DNA of 44,135 nucleotides, taken from positions 1 through 44,135 of the forward strand of contig CAYNHB010000002.1 of NCBI GenBank assembly GCA_964397155.1, given 5' to 3'. Under the pieces are notes generated by a model. That model was not told the origin of the DNA. It worked only from the letters and a program-made list of their open reading frames with translations, and did no database searches. Of this stretch, positions 26,464 to 34,789 are shown piece by piece. The DNA comes from an uncultured Candidatus Saccharibacteria bacterium (GTDB lineage Bacteria > Patescibacteriota > Minisyncoccia > Minisyncoccales > Staskawiczbacteraceae). A program made the translations under genes and the position numbers. Within the stretch, counting starts at the first letter, position 1. Each line of letters opens with the position of its first letter.

Positions 26464-26503
26464 GGCGCGATTTGCATTCTGCAGTTGCGCCTTCTTTTTT
26501 TAT
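26464..26503 (+). terminator. intrinsic terminator
   Basis: GGCGC...GCGCC stem with inner TGCA/TGCA pairing, followed by TTCTTTTTTT. Confidence 0.65.
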
Positions 26504-26531
26504 TGATTTTTTTGTAATAGAATAAATTATT

Positions 26532-27374
26532 ATGATTTTTGACACTCATAGTCATTTAAGTTTTAAGGCGTATGATGAAGATAGAGAAGAAGTTATAAAG
26601 CGCGCTCAAGAAAAGGGCGTTGTTTGTGTTGATGTTGGTACAAAGTTTGAAACAAGCAAAAGAGCAATTGAATTAGCAAAAAAAAATAAAGGAATTTATG
26701 CTACAATGGGGCTTCACCCTTTTCACATCAAAACTGACTTAATAAAAATTAAAACAGACAAAGAAGAGGGGGAATTCCAGCCGTTTGGCGAAGAGTTTGA
26801 TTATAAAAAATACAAAGAGCTTGCTGGTCTCGCCAAAGAAAAGCTTATTGCAATTGGTGAAATAGGGTTGGACTACTATTATAAGCCCAAAACAAAAACA
26901 AGATTGGAGGATTTTAAACAAAAACAAAAACAAATTTTTTTACAGCAATTGGATTTAGCAAGAGAATTGGATTTGCCTGTTATTCTGCATTGCCGTATGG
27001 CGCATCAAGATTTGATAAAAATTTTAGGAGCTCAAGTTGCTATTTCGTTCAAAGAAATAAAAGGGGTTGTGCATTGTTTTACTGGCAGTATTGAAGAAAT
27101 GCAAAAATATTTGAATTTAGGGTTTTATATTGGTTTTAATGGCATAATTTTCAAGTTAGATTTGGACCAAGTTATAAAAGAATGCCCGTTAGACAAAATT
27201 TTAGTTGAAACTGACTGCCCGTATTTAACTCCTCCGGCAGAAGGCAAAGACAAGAGAAACGAGCCGATTTTTGTAAAACATGTCATCCAAAAAATCGCAG
27301 ATGTAAAAAGCATAAGTTTTAACGAAGTGGCCGAGCAAACTACGGTAAATGCCAAAAAACTATTTAAAATTTAA
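26532..27374 (+). CDS. TatD-family metal-dependent hydrolase/DNase
   Basis: FDTHSHL, GEIGLDYY, ILHCR, HCFTG, ETDCPYL. Confidence 0.9.
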   Translation: MIFDTHSHLSFKAYDEDREEVIKRAQEKGVVCVDVGTKFETSKRAIELAKKNKGIYATMGLHPFHIKTDLIKIKTDKEEGEFQPFGEEFDYKKYKELAGLAKEKLIAIGEIGLDYYYKPKTKTRLEDFKQKQKQIFLQQLDLARELDLPVILHCRMAHQDLIKILGAQVAISFKEIKGVVHCFTGSIEEMQKYLNLGFYIGFNGIIFKLDLDQVIKECPLDKILVETDCPYLTPPAEGKDKRNEPIFVKHVIQKIADVKSISFNEVAEQTTVNAKKLFKI

Positions 27375-27414
27375 GAACATGCTGCAATCATAGGTATTTA
27401 ACGGTATTTAATAT

Positions 27415-27450
27415 ATACGTAAATTATAGCGATCGTAGTAGTTTACGTAT
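27415..27450. repeat. 36-bp imperfect palindrome ATACGTAAATTATAGCGATCGTAGTAGTTTACGTAT (copy U1 of the ATAC..GTAT element)
   Basis: 14 of 18 arm positions are self-complementary, with perfect 9-bp ends. The right arm supplies the -35 of the downstream promoter. Followed by a T-rich tract, so it may also terminate tatD. Confidence 0.85.
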
Positions 27451-27470
27451 TATTTTATTTTTGATATAAT
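27442..27470 (+). promoter_or_regulatory. promoter TTTACG-17-TGATATAAT (extended -10), likely producing a leaderless mRNA
   Basis: The TATAAT ends 6 nt before the ATG at 27477, and no SD is present. Confidence 0.5.
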
Positions 27471-27476
27471 AGGTTA

Positions 27477-28067
27477 ATGAAAAAACGAACGAAAAAACAC
27501 TCAAAACATTTTTCAAGACCTAGGTCAGAAATTGCGAAAGAAGTGCTGACTATCTTACTTATAAGTGGTATGGTTGCTATTGCCGCCACTTCCCCTTATT
27601 TTGTTTATAACTTATTGAGAGTATTTAAGTTCAAACAGTTAAATAAATATAAAAACAAAAAAGTTTATGACACTTTTTATAATCTTAAAAAACAAGGCCT
27701 TATAGTTTTTACTAAAAGGGGGCGACAAATCTATATTTCTCTTACAGAGAAAGGGAAGAAGAAAGCTGGTTGGCTGAAAATAGATAATCTAAAAATTAAA
27801 AAGCCAAGAAGATGGGACAGAAAATGGCGAATATTATTATTTGATATAGCTGAAATGAAAAGGATTTATAGAGAGGCGTTAAGAGGCAAGCTAAAAGATT
27901 TAGGATTTGTTTTATTCCAAAAAAGCGCATGGATTAGCCCTTACGATTGTGCCAAAGAGGTAAACACTTTGAAATCTTTTTTTGGATTAAACAGTAGAGA
28001 GATCAAACTTATAGTTTCAGGAGATATAGGAGACGACGGAGAATTTAGAAAATATTTTAAGTTGTAA
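27477..28067 (+). CDS. wHTH plus Cas2-like/PaaX-C-like domain protein with N-terminal TM helix (196 aa)
   Basis: The C-terminal WDRKWRILLFDIAEMKRIYREALRGKLKDLGFVLFQKSAWISPYD has the Cas2/PaaX_C pattern (beta1 ending in D-I, basic helix, G-F..Q.S.W). A wHTH-like segment YNLKKQGLIVFTKRG..ISLTEKGKK precedes it. Paralog of 42273-42800. Confidence 0.7.
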   Translation: MKKRTKKHSKHFSRPRSEIAKEVLTILLISGMVAIAATSPYFVYNLLRVFKFKQLNKYKNKKVYDTFYNLKKQGLIVFTKRGRQIYISLTEKGKKKAGWLKIDNLKIKKPRRWDRKWRILLFDIAEMKRIYREALRGKLKDLGFVLFQKSAWISPYDCAKEVNTLKSFFGLNSREIKLIVSGDIGDDGEFRKYFKL

Positions 28068-28093
28068 AAAATAAATTAGACGCACTCAAACAG

Positions 28094-28129
28094 ATACGTA
28101 TAAATATGCGACCGCGATAATTTAAGTAT
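28094..28129. repeat. 36-bp degenerate copy (D1) of the ATAC..GTAT element: ATACGTATAAATATGCGACCGCGATAATTTAAGTAT
   Basis: 24 of 36 positions identical to U1 in direct alignment (my count). Its own palindromy is weak (about 10 of 18). Confidence 0.6.
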
Positions 28130-28190
28130 TTAAATATTACGATAGATGTCGTTAGTGTGTTTTTATAAAAACATAAAAGCAAAAAAAGGC

Positions 28191-28230
28191 AAAAAAAGAC
28201 CGCTTGATTTCGCTTTGCAAAACAGGCGGC
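28191..28230 (-). terminator. probable intrinsic terminator of the 151-aa orphan gene
   Basis: On the minus strand, GCCGCCTG...CAAGCGGT (one mismatch, one G.U) followed by CTTTTTTT. Confidence 0.5.
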
Positions 28231-28686
28231 TTAGATTTTGTTTTCGTCGATTCCGTTGGGGGCGACCGTTTTAACTGTTACATCGACACACCTTCCACCC
28301 ACATTCTTCATTGGGTGGATATCCGTGTCCACATGGATTTCTATCAATCCATCTAGTAAATTATTGAGTATCCTCGCAGCTCTTTGAATCCTTTTTAATT
28401 CTTTCTCATTCGAATGTTCAAATGGATTAAAAAAGCTCTCAAAGACTATTTGTCCATAGAGAAGTAGATCAGTAAGTGATTTTCTTAACGAATCTATGAA
28501 CAAGGGAAAACCGAAGATCTGACCTACAGTGCGAGATTCACTGGCTAGAATATCCATTAACTTTTTAAGGAGCGATTCTCTCTCTTTCTTGAGTTTTTCG
28601 TCGCGTCTTGTTTTTTGCTTTTCCCACTTTTTTTGTTTTTCGGCAAAATAAAAAAATGCATATGGCTTTATTCTGGGATTTTTCAT
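28231..28686 (-). CDS. orphan protein (151 aa) in a moderately G+C-richer island
   Basis: AAAGGA SD, own consensus promoter and terminator. Basic/coiled N-terminus (KQKKWEKQKTRRDEKLKKERE). I recognise no family. Confidence 0.6.
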   Translation of the reverse strand: MKNPRIKPYAFFYFAEKQKKWEKQKTRRDEKLKKERESLLKKLMDILASESRTVGQIFGFPLFIDSLRKSLTDLLLYGQIVFESFFNPFEHSNEKELKRIQRAARILNNLLDGLIEIHVDTDIHPMKNVGGRCVDVTVKTVAPNGIDENKI

Positions 28687-28737
28687 AGTAGGAAATCCTT
28701 TGGGTTCTAGTGGAAAGGTGTGCCAGCTTAATGGTAA

Positions 28738-28766
28738 AAGATAGCATATTAGAATATAGATGTCAA
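28738..28766 (-). promoter_or_regulatory. sigma70-like promoter (TTGACA-17-TATCTT) on the minus strand
   Basis: TGTCAA at 28761-28766 and AAGATA at 28738-28743 on the plus strand. Back-to-back with the leuS promoter (TGGTAGAAT extended -10 at 28789-28797). Confidence 0.55.
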
Positions 28767-28809
28767 GATTTACGGAAGGGGGAAATCTTGGTAGAATGGA
28801 AAAACATAT

Positions 28810-31263
28810 ATGAAATATAATCCGAATAAAATTGAAGGGAAATGGCAGGAGAAGTGGTATTCTTCTGGGATTTTTAAGGCAAAAAATGGGTCTAAGAAAA
28901 AGAAACTTTATCTTTTGTTTGAATTCCCCTATCCTTCAGGAGACGGCCTCCATGTTGGGCATTGCAGGCCATATATTGGGTTAGACGTAATTGCCAGAAA
29001 ACGGAGAATGGAGGGTTTTAATGTTTTGTTCCCGATTGGCTGGGATGCTTTTGGCCTGCCTACTGAAAATTATGCAATAAAGAAAAGGATACACCCATTG
29101 GTTGCCACGAAAAAGAACACGGACAATTTTAGGAGGCAGATGAAATTAATTGGGCTTTCTTTGGACTGGTCGCGCGAGATAAACACAACTGACCCAAAGT
29201 ATTATAAATGGACTCAGTGGATTTTTGTTCAGTTATTTAAAAATGGCTTGGCATACAAAGCTAAAATTGACATTAACTGGTGCCCTTCCTGTAAAATTGG
29301 TTTGGCTAATGAAGAAGTGGTTGATGGCAAATGCGAAAGATGCGGAGCTAAGGTTGAGAAAAGAGAAAAAGAGCAGTGGATGATAAAAATTACAAAATAC
29401 GCAGACAGGCTGATAAAAGATTTGGACACGGTTGATTATTTAGAAAAAATAAAAACACAGCAAAAAGAATGGATAGGCGAATCTCATGGCGCCTTGGTCA
29501 AATTTACGGTGGAAGGCATAGAAGACCCTATTGAGGTTTTTACAACCAGAATAGACACTATTTTTTCTGGCACTTTTTTGATTGTTTCTCCAGAGCATAG
29601 TTTTATAGATAGGCATAAAGATAAAATTGAAAACATTGAAGAGGTTTTAGAGTATAGAGATCAGACAAAAAATGTTTCTGATATAGACAGGACAAACCAA
29701 GATAAAGATGTAACGGGCGTGGAGTTAAGGGGGATAACAGTTAGAAATCCTGCCACAAACGAGGAAATGCCAGTATGGACTGCTGATTTTGTTTTGTCAT
29801 ACTACGGTACAGGCGCTGTGTTTGCAGATGCGCATGATAAAAGGGATTTTAAACTGGCAAAAAAATGCGGAATACCATTAAGAACTTCAATAAAACCCGA
29901 AAACGAAGAACTGGCAGCTAAAGTAAAGAATTTAGAAGAGTGTTATGAGGGTGAAGGAATTTTATATAATTCAATGCAATTTGACGGGCTCCCTTCATCA
30001 GAAGCTAAAACAAGGATAATCATGTGGCTTGGGGCTAAAGGGCTGGCCCAGCCAAAAGTAAGTTATAAATTAAGGGACTGGGTTTTTTCCCGGCAGCATT
30101 ATTGGGGCGAGCCCATTCCAATGATTTTTTGCGAGAAATGTTCAAGGACTCCGGGCGGGCAAGGGTGGCATTCGGTTCCTGAAAAAGATCTTCCTGTGGA
30201 ATTACCCAATGTTAAAAACTACAAGCCCACTGATACAGGCGAGTCGCCGCTTTCAGCAATAAACAAATGGGTTAAAACAAAGTGTCCAAAATGCAAGTCA
30301 GAGGCAGTTAGGGAAACAGACACAATGCCAAACTGGGCTGGCTCTAATTGGTATTTTTTAAGATACACAGACCCAAAAAACACCAGAAGCTTGGCTGATG
30401 AAAAGTTATTAAAATATTGGCTTCCTGTTGACTGGTACAACGGAGGCATGGAGCACACCACCTTGCACCTCTTGTATTCAAGATTTATTTTTAAATTTTT
30501 ATGGGATGTTGGAGCAGTTCCCAAAACAACAGGTCCTGAGCCTTATCAAAAAAGAACTTCCCATGGGATGGTTTTAGGCGAGGGAGGCATTAAAATGTCA
30601 AAATCAAAAGGCAATGTTATCAACCCGGATTCTGTGGTAAAACAATATGGAGCTGACACTTTGCGCGTTTATGAAATGTTTATGGGTCCTTTTGATCAAA
30701 TGATTCCCTGGGACACAAAAGGAGTGGTTGGGGTGAGAAGATTTTTAGAAAAAATATGGAAGCTGTCTGAGAAAAAGGAGTTTGTGCCTCAAAGCGATGA
30801 AGATCTTAAGAAAACGCTCCATAAAACAATTAAAAAAGTTGGAGAAGATATTGAGCAGATGAAATTTAACACAGCTGTTTCTTCGATGATGGAGTTTGTC
30901 AATGCTTTTAATGTTTCGAAAACCGGACTTAGCAGAAAGGATTTTTCTGACTTTCTGAAAATTTTATCGCCCCTTGCCCCGCATTTAGCAGAACAGTTGT
31001 GGGCTGATGCCGGTTTCAATGGTTTATGTTGCAGCCAGAAATGGCCTAAATTTGACGCAAAACTGGTTGAGGATAAAAAAATACTGCTTATTGTGCAAAT
31101 AAATGGTAAAGTTAGAGATAAAATAGAGACCAATGCCAACATCTCAGAACAGCAGGCAAAAAAGACAGCTTTAAAATCAGAAAAAATAAAAAACTTAATA
31201 GAAAAAAATAAAATCCAAAAAATTATTTTTGTTCCTGGCAAATTAATAAACATAGTAATTTAG
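28810..31263 (+). CDS. leuS: leucine--tRNA ligase
   Basis: FPYPSGDGLHVGHC (HIGH), KMSKSKGN, CP1 editing domain and Zn motifs. Confidence 0.95.
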   Translation: MKYNPNKIEGKWQEKWYSSGIFKAKNGSKKKKLYLLFEFPYPSGDGLHVGHCRPYIGLDVIARKRRMEGFNVLFPIGWDAFGLPTENYAIKKRIHPLVATKKNTDNFRRQMKLIGLSLDWSREINTTDPKYYKWTQWIFVQLFKNGLAYKAKIDINWCPSCKIGLANEEVVDGKCERCGAKVEKREKEQWMIKITKYADRLIKDLDTVDYLEKIKTQQKEWIGESHGALVKFTVEGIEDPIEVFTTRIDTIFSGTFLIVSPEHSFIDRHKDKIENIEEVLEYRDQTKNVSDIDRTNQDKDVTGVELRGITVRNPATNEEMPVWTADFVLSYYGTGAVFADAHDKRDFKLAKKCGIPLRTSIKPENEELAAKVKNLEECYEGEGILYNSMQFDGLPSSEAKTRIIMWLGAKGLAQPKVSYKLRDWVFSRQHYWGEPIPMIFCEKCSRTPGGQGWHSVPEKDLPVELPNVKNYKPTDTGESPLSAINKWVKTKCPKCKSEAVRETDTMPNWAGSNWYFLRYTDPKNTRSLADEKLLKYWLPVDWYNGGMEHTTLHLLYSRFIFKFLWDVGAVPKTTGPEPYQKRTSHGMVLGEGGIKMSKSKGNVINPDSVVKQYGADTLRVYEMFMGPFDQMIPWDTKGVVGVRRFLEKIWKLSEKKEFVPQSDEDLKKTLHKTIKKVGEDIEQMKFNTAVSSMMEFVNAFNVSKTGLSRKDFSDFLKILSPLAPHLAEQLWADAGFNGLCCSQKWPKFDAKLVEDKKILLIVQINGKVRDKIETNANISEQQAKKTALKSEKIKNLIEKNKIQKIIFVPGKLINIVI

Positions 31264-31270
31264 CATTTAT

Positions 31271-32920
31271 ATGAAAAAGGTTTTATTAGGAAATGAAGCA
31301 ATAGTAAAAGGGGCCTTGGTAGCTGGTGTTGATTTTGTTTCAGGTTATCCTGGGTGTCCTTCGGCCGAGATTGGAGATGAATTTGGAAAAATTGCAAAGG
31401 AGAGCGGAGTTTATGCAGAATGGTCAACAAATGAAAAAGTTGCTTTGGAATCTGCTATTGGAGCCAGTTTTTCTGGATTAAAGTCATTGGTTAATATGAA
31501 AAGCTTTGGGATAAATGTTTGCTCTGACAGCTTGTTTCCTTTGGCCTACACAGGCACTAAAGCTGGAATGGTTCTATTTGTGGGAGACGATCCTTCTTGC
31601 CACAGTTCTGCCCAATCAGAGCAGGATTCAAGAGGATATGCTTATTTGTCTAAAATTCCTGTTTTAGATCCCTCAAGCCCTCAAGAATGTTATGATTTTA
31701 CAAAATTAGGATTTGAGATTTCAGAAAAATTTAATATTCCTGTTATATTAAGGTCAACAACAAGGGTTGCCCACCAGCGCGCTCCCGTGGAGCTTGAAGT
31801 TCCAGAAAAAAAGGATTTTAAAAAAGGAGAATTTGTAAAAAATCCTCACCAGTTTTGCACAATGCCCCCGCGCGTGATGGAGATGAAAAAAGAGCTTTTA
31901 GACAAATTGGAAAAAATTAAGATTTTTGCAGAAAAACATTCTGCAAACTGCGAATTAAATCGAACCGCTAATAAAGATATTGGGATTATTGCAACGGGTG
32001 CTTCCTTTTTGTATGTTATGGAGGCGTTAGAGCGGTTGGGTATAAAGTTGCCGGTATTAAAGCTTGGATTTTTTTATCCTTTGCCAGAGAAATTAATATC
32101 TAAATTTATTAAAGGCAAAAAAAAGATATTAGTTGCAGAAGAACTGGATCCTTACTTGGAAAAAGAGATAAAAAGTATTGCTGAAAATGCAGGGGCAAAA
32201 GCAAAAATTTTTGGTAAAAATTTTTTATCGGAAATTGGCGAATTAAATACAGAAAAAATAACGCAAGCAATAGCTGAATTATCAAGTAAAAAATTTACCC
32301 CGTCACATGACAGAGCACTCTATCGAATGATAGAGCAAATTCCTCGGCGCAAGCCGAGATTATGCGAGGGCTGCCCTTATTGGTTTGTTTTGCCAACTAT
32401 TAAAAGGATAGCTCCCGAAGGCACTGTTTTTGGCGGGGATATTGGATGTAACATGATGGCAGGGCTTTCTCCCCATAACATACAGGACTATCTTTTTTCA
32501 ATGGGAGCTTCTATGGGGATCTCTCACGGAGTTTCAAAAAGCACAAAGCAAAAAGTTATATCTATTATTGGAGATGGGACTTTTTTTCATTCAGGGATCC
32601 CGGGTTTGATTAATGCTGTTTATAATAAATCAAATTCTTTGATTGTTGTTTTAGACAACAGAATTACAGCTATGACCGGCCATCAGCAAAATCCTGGCAT
32701 GGGAAAAACAGCAATGGGAGAAGATGTAGAGGAGCTTAAAATATCAGAAATAGCAAAATCCTGCGGAGTAAAACATATTAAAGTTTTAGACCCAATAAAC
32801 ATTAGAGAACTGGAAGGCGCAATAAAAGAATTTTTAGAAATAGATGAGGTTTCAATAATAGTTTGCAAAAGAATTTGCGCTCTTTTAGAAAAAAGATTAA
32901 AAAGACAAAAAAATGGCTAA
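31271..32920 (+). CDS. iorA: indolepyruvate:ferredoxin oxidoreductase alpha subunit-like (TPP enzyme)
   Basis: LLGNEAIVKGALVAGVDFVSGYPGCPSAEI N-terminus, LCEGCPY, and the TPP-binding GDIGC...GDGTFFHSG region. Confidence 0.85.
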   Translation: MKKVLLGNEAIVKGALVAGVDFVSGYPGCPSAEIGDEFGKIAKESGVYAEWSTNEKVALESAIGASFSGLKSLVNMKSFGINVCSDSLFPLAYTGTKAGMVLFVGDDPSCHSSAQSEQDSRGYAYLSKIPVLDPSSPQECYDFTKLGFEISEKFNIPVILRSTTRVAHQRAPVELEVPEKKDFKKGEFVKNPHQFCTMPPRVMEMKKELLDKLEKIKIFAEKHSANCELNRTANKDIGIIATGASFLYVMEALERLGIKLPVLKLGFFYPLPEKLISKFIKGKKKILVAEELDPYLEKEIKSIAENAGAKAKIFGKNFLSEIGELNTEKITQAIAELSSKKFTPSHDRALYRMIEQIPRRKPRLCEGCPYWFVLPTIKRIAPEGTVFGGDIGCNMMAGLSPHNIQDYLFSMGASMGISHGVSKSTKQKVISIIGDGTFFHSGIPGLINAVYNKSNSLIVVLDNRITAMTGHQQNPGMGKTAMGEDVEELKISEIAKSCGVKHIKVLDPINIRELEGAIKEFLEIDEVSIIVCKRICALLEKRLKRQKNG

Positions 32921-33488
32921 TAAAACTTTTAATTTAATCATTGCTGGTGTCGGCGGTCAGGGCATAATAACTTCAGTTTCTATTTTAGATGAGGCATGCC
33001 TTTTGCAAGGTTTTGATGTGAAGTCATCAGAACTTCATGGACTTTCCCAGAGAGGGGGAAGTGTTTTGACGCACATTCGGTTTGGAAAAAAAGTTTACTC
33101 TCCCATGGTTGAAAGCGGAGGGGCTGATTTATTGATTGGGCTGGAGTTGACAGAAACTTTAAGGTTTGCTGGTTTTGCTGGAAAAAATGCGAATTTTGTG
33201 GTAAATAACCATTATATGCCCTTTGAAGGAAATTTGCCGAAAGAGGAGATTTTGGGCAAATTAAAGGGTTTGGCAAAAGAAAAGTTGCACCTTGTTTTAG
33301 CCTCTGATGCGTGCGAAAAAAAACTGCAAAAACAAGTTTTAGCCGGTGTTTATCTTTTGGGGTATGCGTCTTTAAAAAAGTTAATTCCAATAAAACCTGA
33401 ATTTATGCTAAAAGCAATAGAAAATATAATTCCAGAAAAATATAGGGAAATAAACATCAAAGCATTTAATTTATCAAAAAATGATTAA
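32913..33488 (+). CDS. iorB: indolepyruvate oxidoreductase beta subunit-like
   Basis: IAGVGGQGIIT...SELHGLSQRGGSV is typical of the gamma/IorB-type subunit. Overlaps iorA by 8 nt. Confidence 0.8.
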   Translation: MANKTFNLIIAGVGGQGIITSVSILDEACLLQGFDVKSSELHGLSQRGGSVLTHIRFGKKVYSPMVESGGADLLIGLELTETLRFAGFAGKNANFVVNNHYMPFEGNLPKEEILGKLKGLAKEKLHLVLASDACEKKLQKQVLAGVYLLGYASLKKLIPIKPEFMLKAIENIIPEKYREINIKAFNLSKND

Positions 33489-34257
33489 AAAAGTTGTAGT
33501 TGCTGCTGCGGGTCAAGGGACCCGCATGTTGCGTCTAACAGATAATAAGCCAAAACACCTTATTAATGTAAGACAAAGGCCGTTTTTAGCTTACTTATTG
33601 GATGATTTATTTGAAGCCGGTTATAAAGAGATAATTCTGGTTGTAGGATATAAAGAGGACATGATGAAAGATTTTTTAGACGATTACAAACTGTCCCTTA
33701 AGAATAAAAATTTTAAAATAGATACTGTAAGCCAATACGAAATTTTGGGGCCAAAAGAAAAACAGTACGGCACAGCCTGCCCTATCAAATGCGTTGAAAA
33801 AATTGTTGGCAAAGAGCCATTTATATTTTTGTATGGAGATAATCTTTATTCAGTAAAAGACCTTAAAAAAATGAATGTGGATGACAACTACTGCTATGTT
33901 GCTGGAATCAAGGATGAACATCCTGAAAAATACGGAGTTTTAATTACAGACAACGGTTTTTTGAAGGAAATTATTGAAAAGCCAAAAGAATTTGTTGGAG
34001 ATCTTATAAATACCGGTCTGTATAAATTTACACCCGACGTTTTCAAAAAGTTGTCTAAAATCAAAAAATCTCCAAGAGGAGAGTACGAGATTACAGACGC
34101 AATCTCCCTATTAGCTAAAGATAAAAAAGTAAAGGTAAGGAAAATTGAGGATTATTGGAAGGATTTTGGCAACCCGGGAGATGTTATTAAAATATCAAAG
34201 CTGATGAAACATGGATTTTTTAAAAAATTCAAAAAACGCGCTAAAAAAAGCCGTTAA
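33481..34257 (+). CDS. sugar-phosphate nucleotidyltransferase
   Basis: AAAGQGTRMLRLTDNKPKHLI (GxGTR signature), YGDNL and EKP motifs. Confidence 0.8.
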   Translation: MIKKVVVAAAGQGTRMLRLTDNKPKHLINVRQRPFLAYLLDDLFEAGYKEIILVVGYKEDMMKDFLDDYKLSLKNKNFKIDTVSQYEILGPKEKQYGTACPIKCVEKIVGKEPFIFLYGDNLYSVKDLKKMNVDDNYCYVAGIKDEHPEKYGVLITDNGFLKEIIEKPKEFVGDLINTGLYKFTPDVFKKLSKIKKSPRGEYEITDAISLLAKDKKVKVRKIEDYWKDFGNPGDVIKISKLMKHGFFKKFKKRAKKSR

Positions 34258-34786
34258 AACAATAAATAACGGGGGTGTTATTGTTTTTCCAACAGACACA
34301 GTTTACGGTTTTTTAGCAAAAGCCGAAAGCAAAAAAGCAATTGAAAAAATATATAAATTAAAAAAACGGCTAAGGTCAAAACCCTTGCCTGTTTTTGTTA
34401 GGGATATTAAAATGGCAAGAGAGTTGGCTGAGATTGATAAAAAACAAGAGGCAGTTTTGAAAAAGCATTGGCCGGGCAAATATACTTTTATTTTAAAAGC
34501 TAAAATTAAAAGTCCAAAACTTTTAATCAAAAATAAAAAGATTGCTTTGAGAATTCCAAAATATAGGTCCTTGAATGATTTACTAAAAAAAATAAATAAG
34601 CCCTTGGCCCAAACATCAGTTAATATTTCAGGCAAGCCGCCAATGTTTAAAATTGAAGAAATCAAAAAAACTTTTGGGTCTGACCCAAATTTAGGCCTTA
34701 TAGTTAGCAACGGAAATTTGAAAAAATCCAAACCGTCAGTCATAATAGATTTAACGGATAACAAAATTAAATTTTTAAGAAAATAA
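34211..34786 (+). CDS. tsaC: L-threonylcarbamoyladenylate synthase (YrdC/TsaC family)
   Basis: GGVIVFPTDTVYGF, KKRLRSKPLPV, SVNISG. Overlaps the upstream gene by 47 nt. Confidence 0.85.
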   Translation: MDFLKNSKNALKKAVKTINNGGVIVFPTDTVYGFLAKAESKKAIEKIYKLKKRLRSKPLPVFVRDIKMARELAEIDKKQEAVLKKHWPGKYTFILKAKIKSPKLLIKNKKIALRIPKYRSLNDLLKKINKPLAQTSVNISGKPPMFKIEEIKKTFGSDPNLGLIVSNGNLKKSKPSVIIDLTDNKIKFLRK

Positions 34787-34789
34787 AAC

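Noticed and set aside
26132-26545. 137-aa minus-strand ORF and the 85-aa alternative-frame plus ORF (26260-26517) overlapping csrA
   Set aside because: The csrA frame is unambiguous by sequence identity. The others are long open frames expected by chance in a G+C-rich patch, and they run through the terminator and promoter.
27415-28129. Could the 36-bp ATAC..GTAT repeats be CRISPR repeats next to a Cas2-like gene?
   Set aside because: There are only two diverged copies per locus. They are separated by a whole gene rather than by 30-40-bp spacers, there is no array, and no cas1 or effector genes are present.
28158-28175. A/T-only palindrome TGTTTTTATAAAAACA downstream of the first wHTH-Cas2-like gene
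   Set aside because: Such A/T palindromes arise easily in AT-rich spacers. The stem would be very weak, and it has no counterpart at the second locus.
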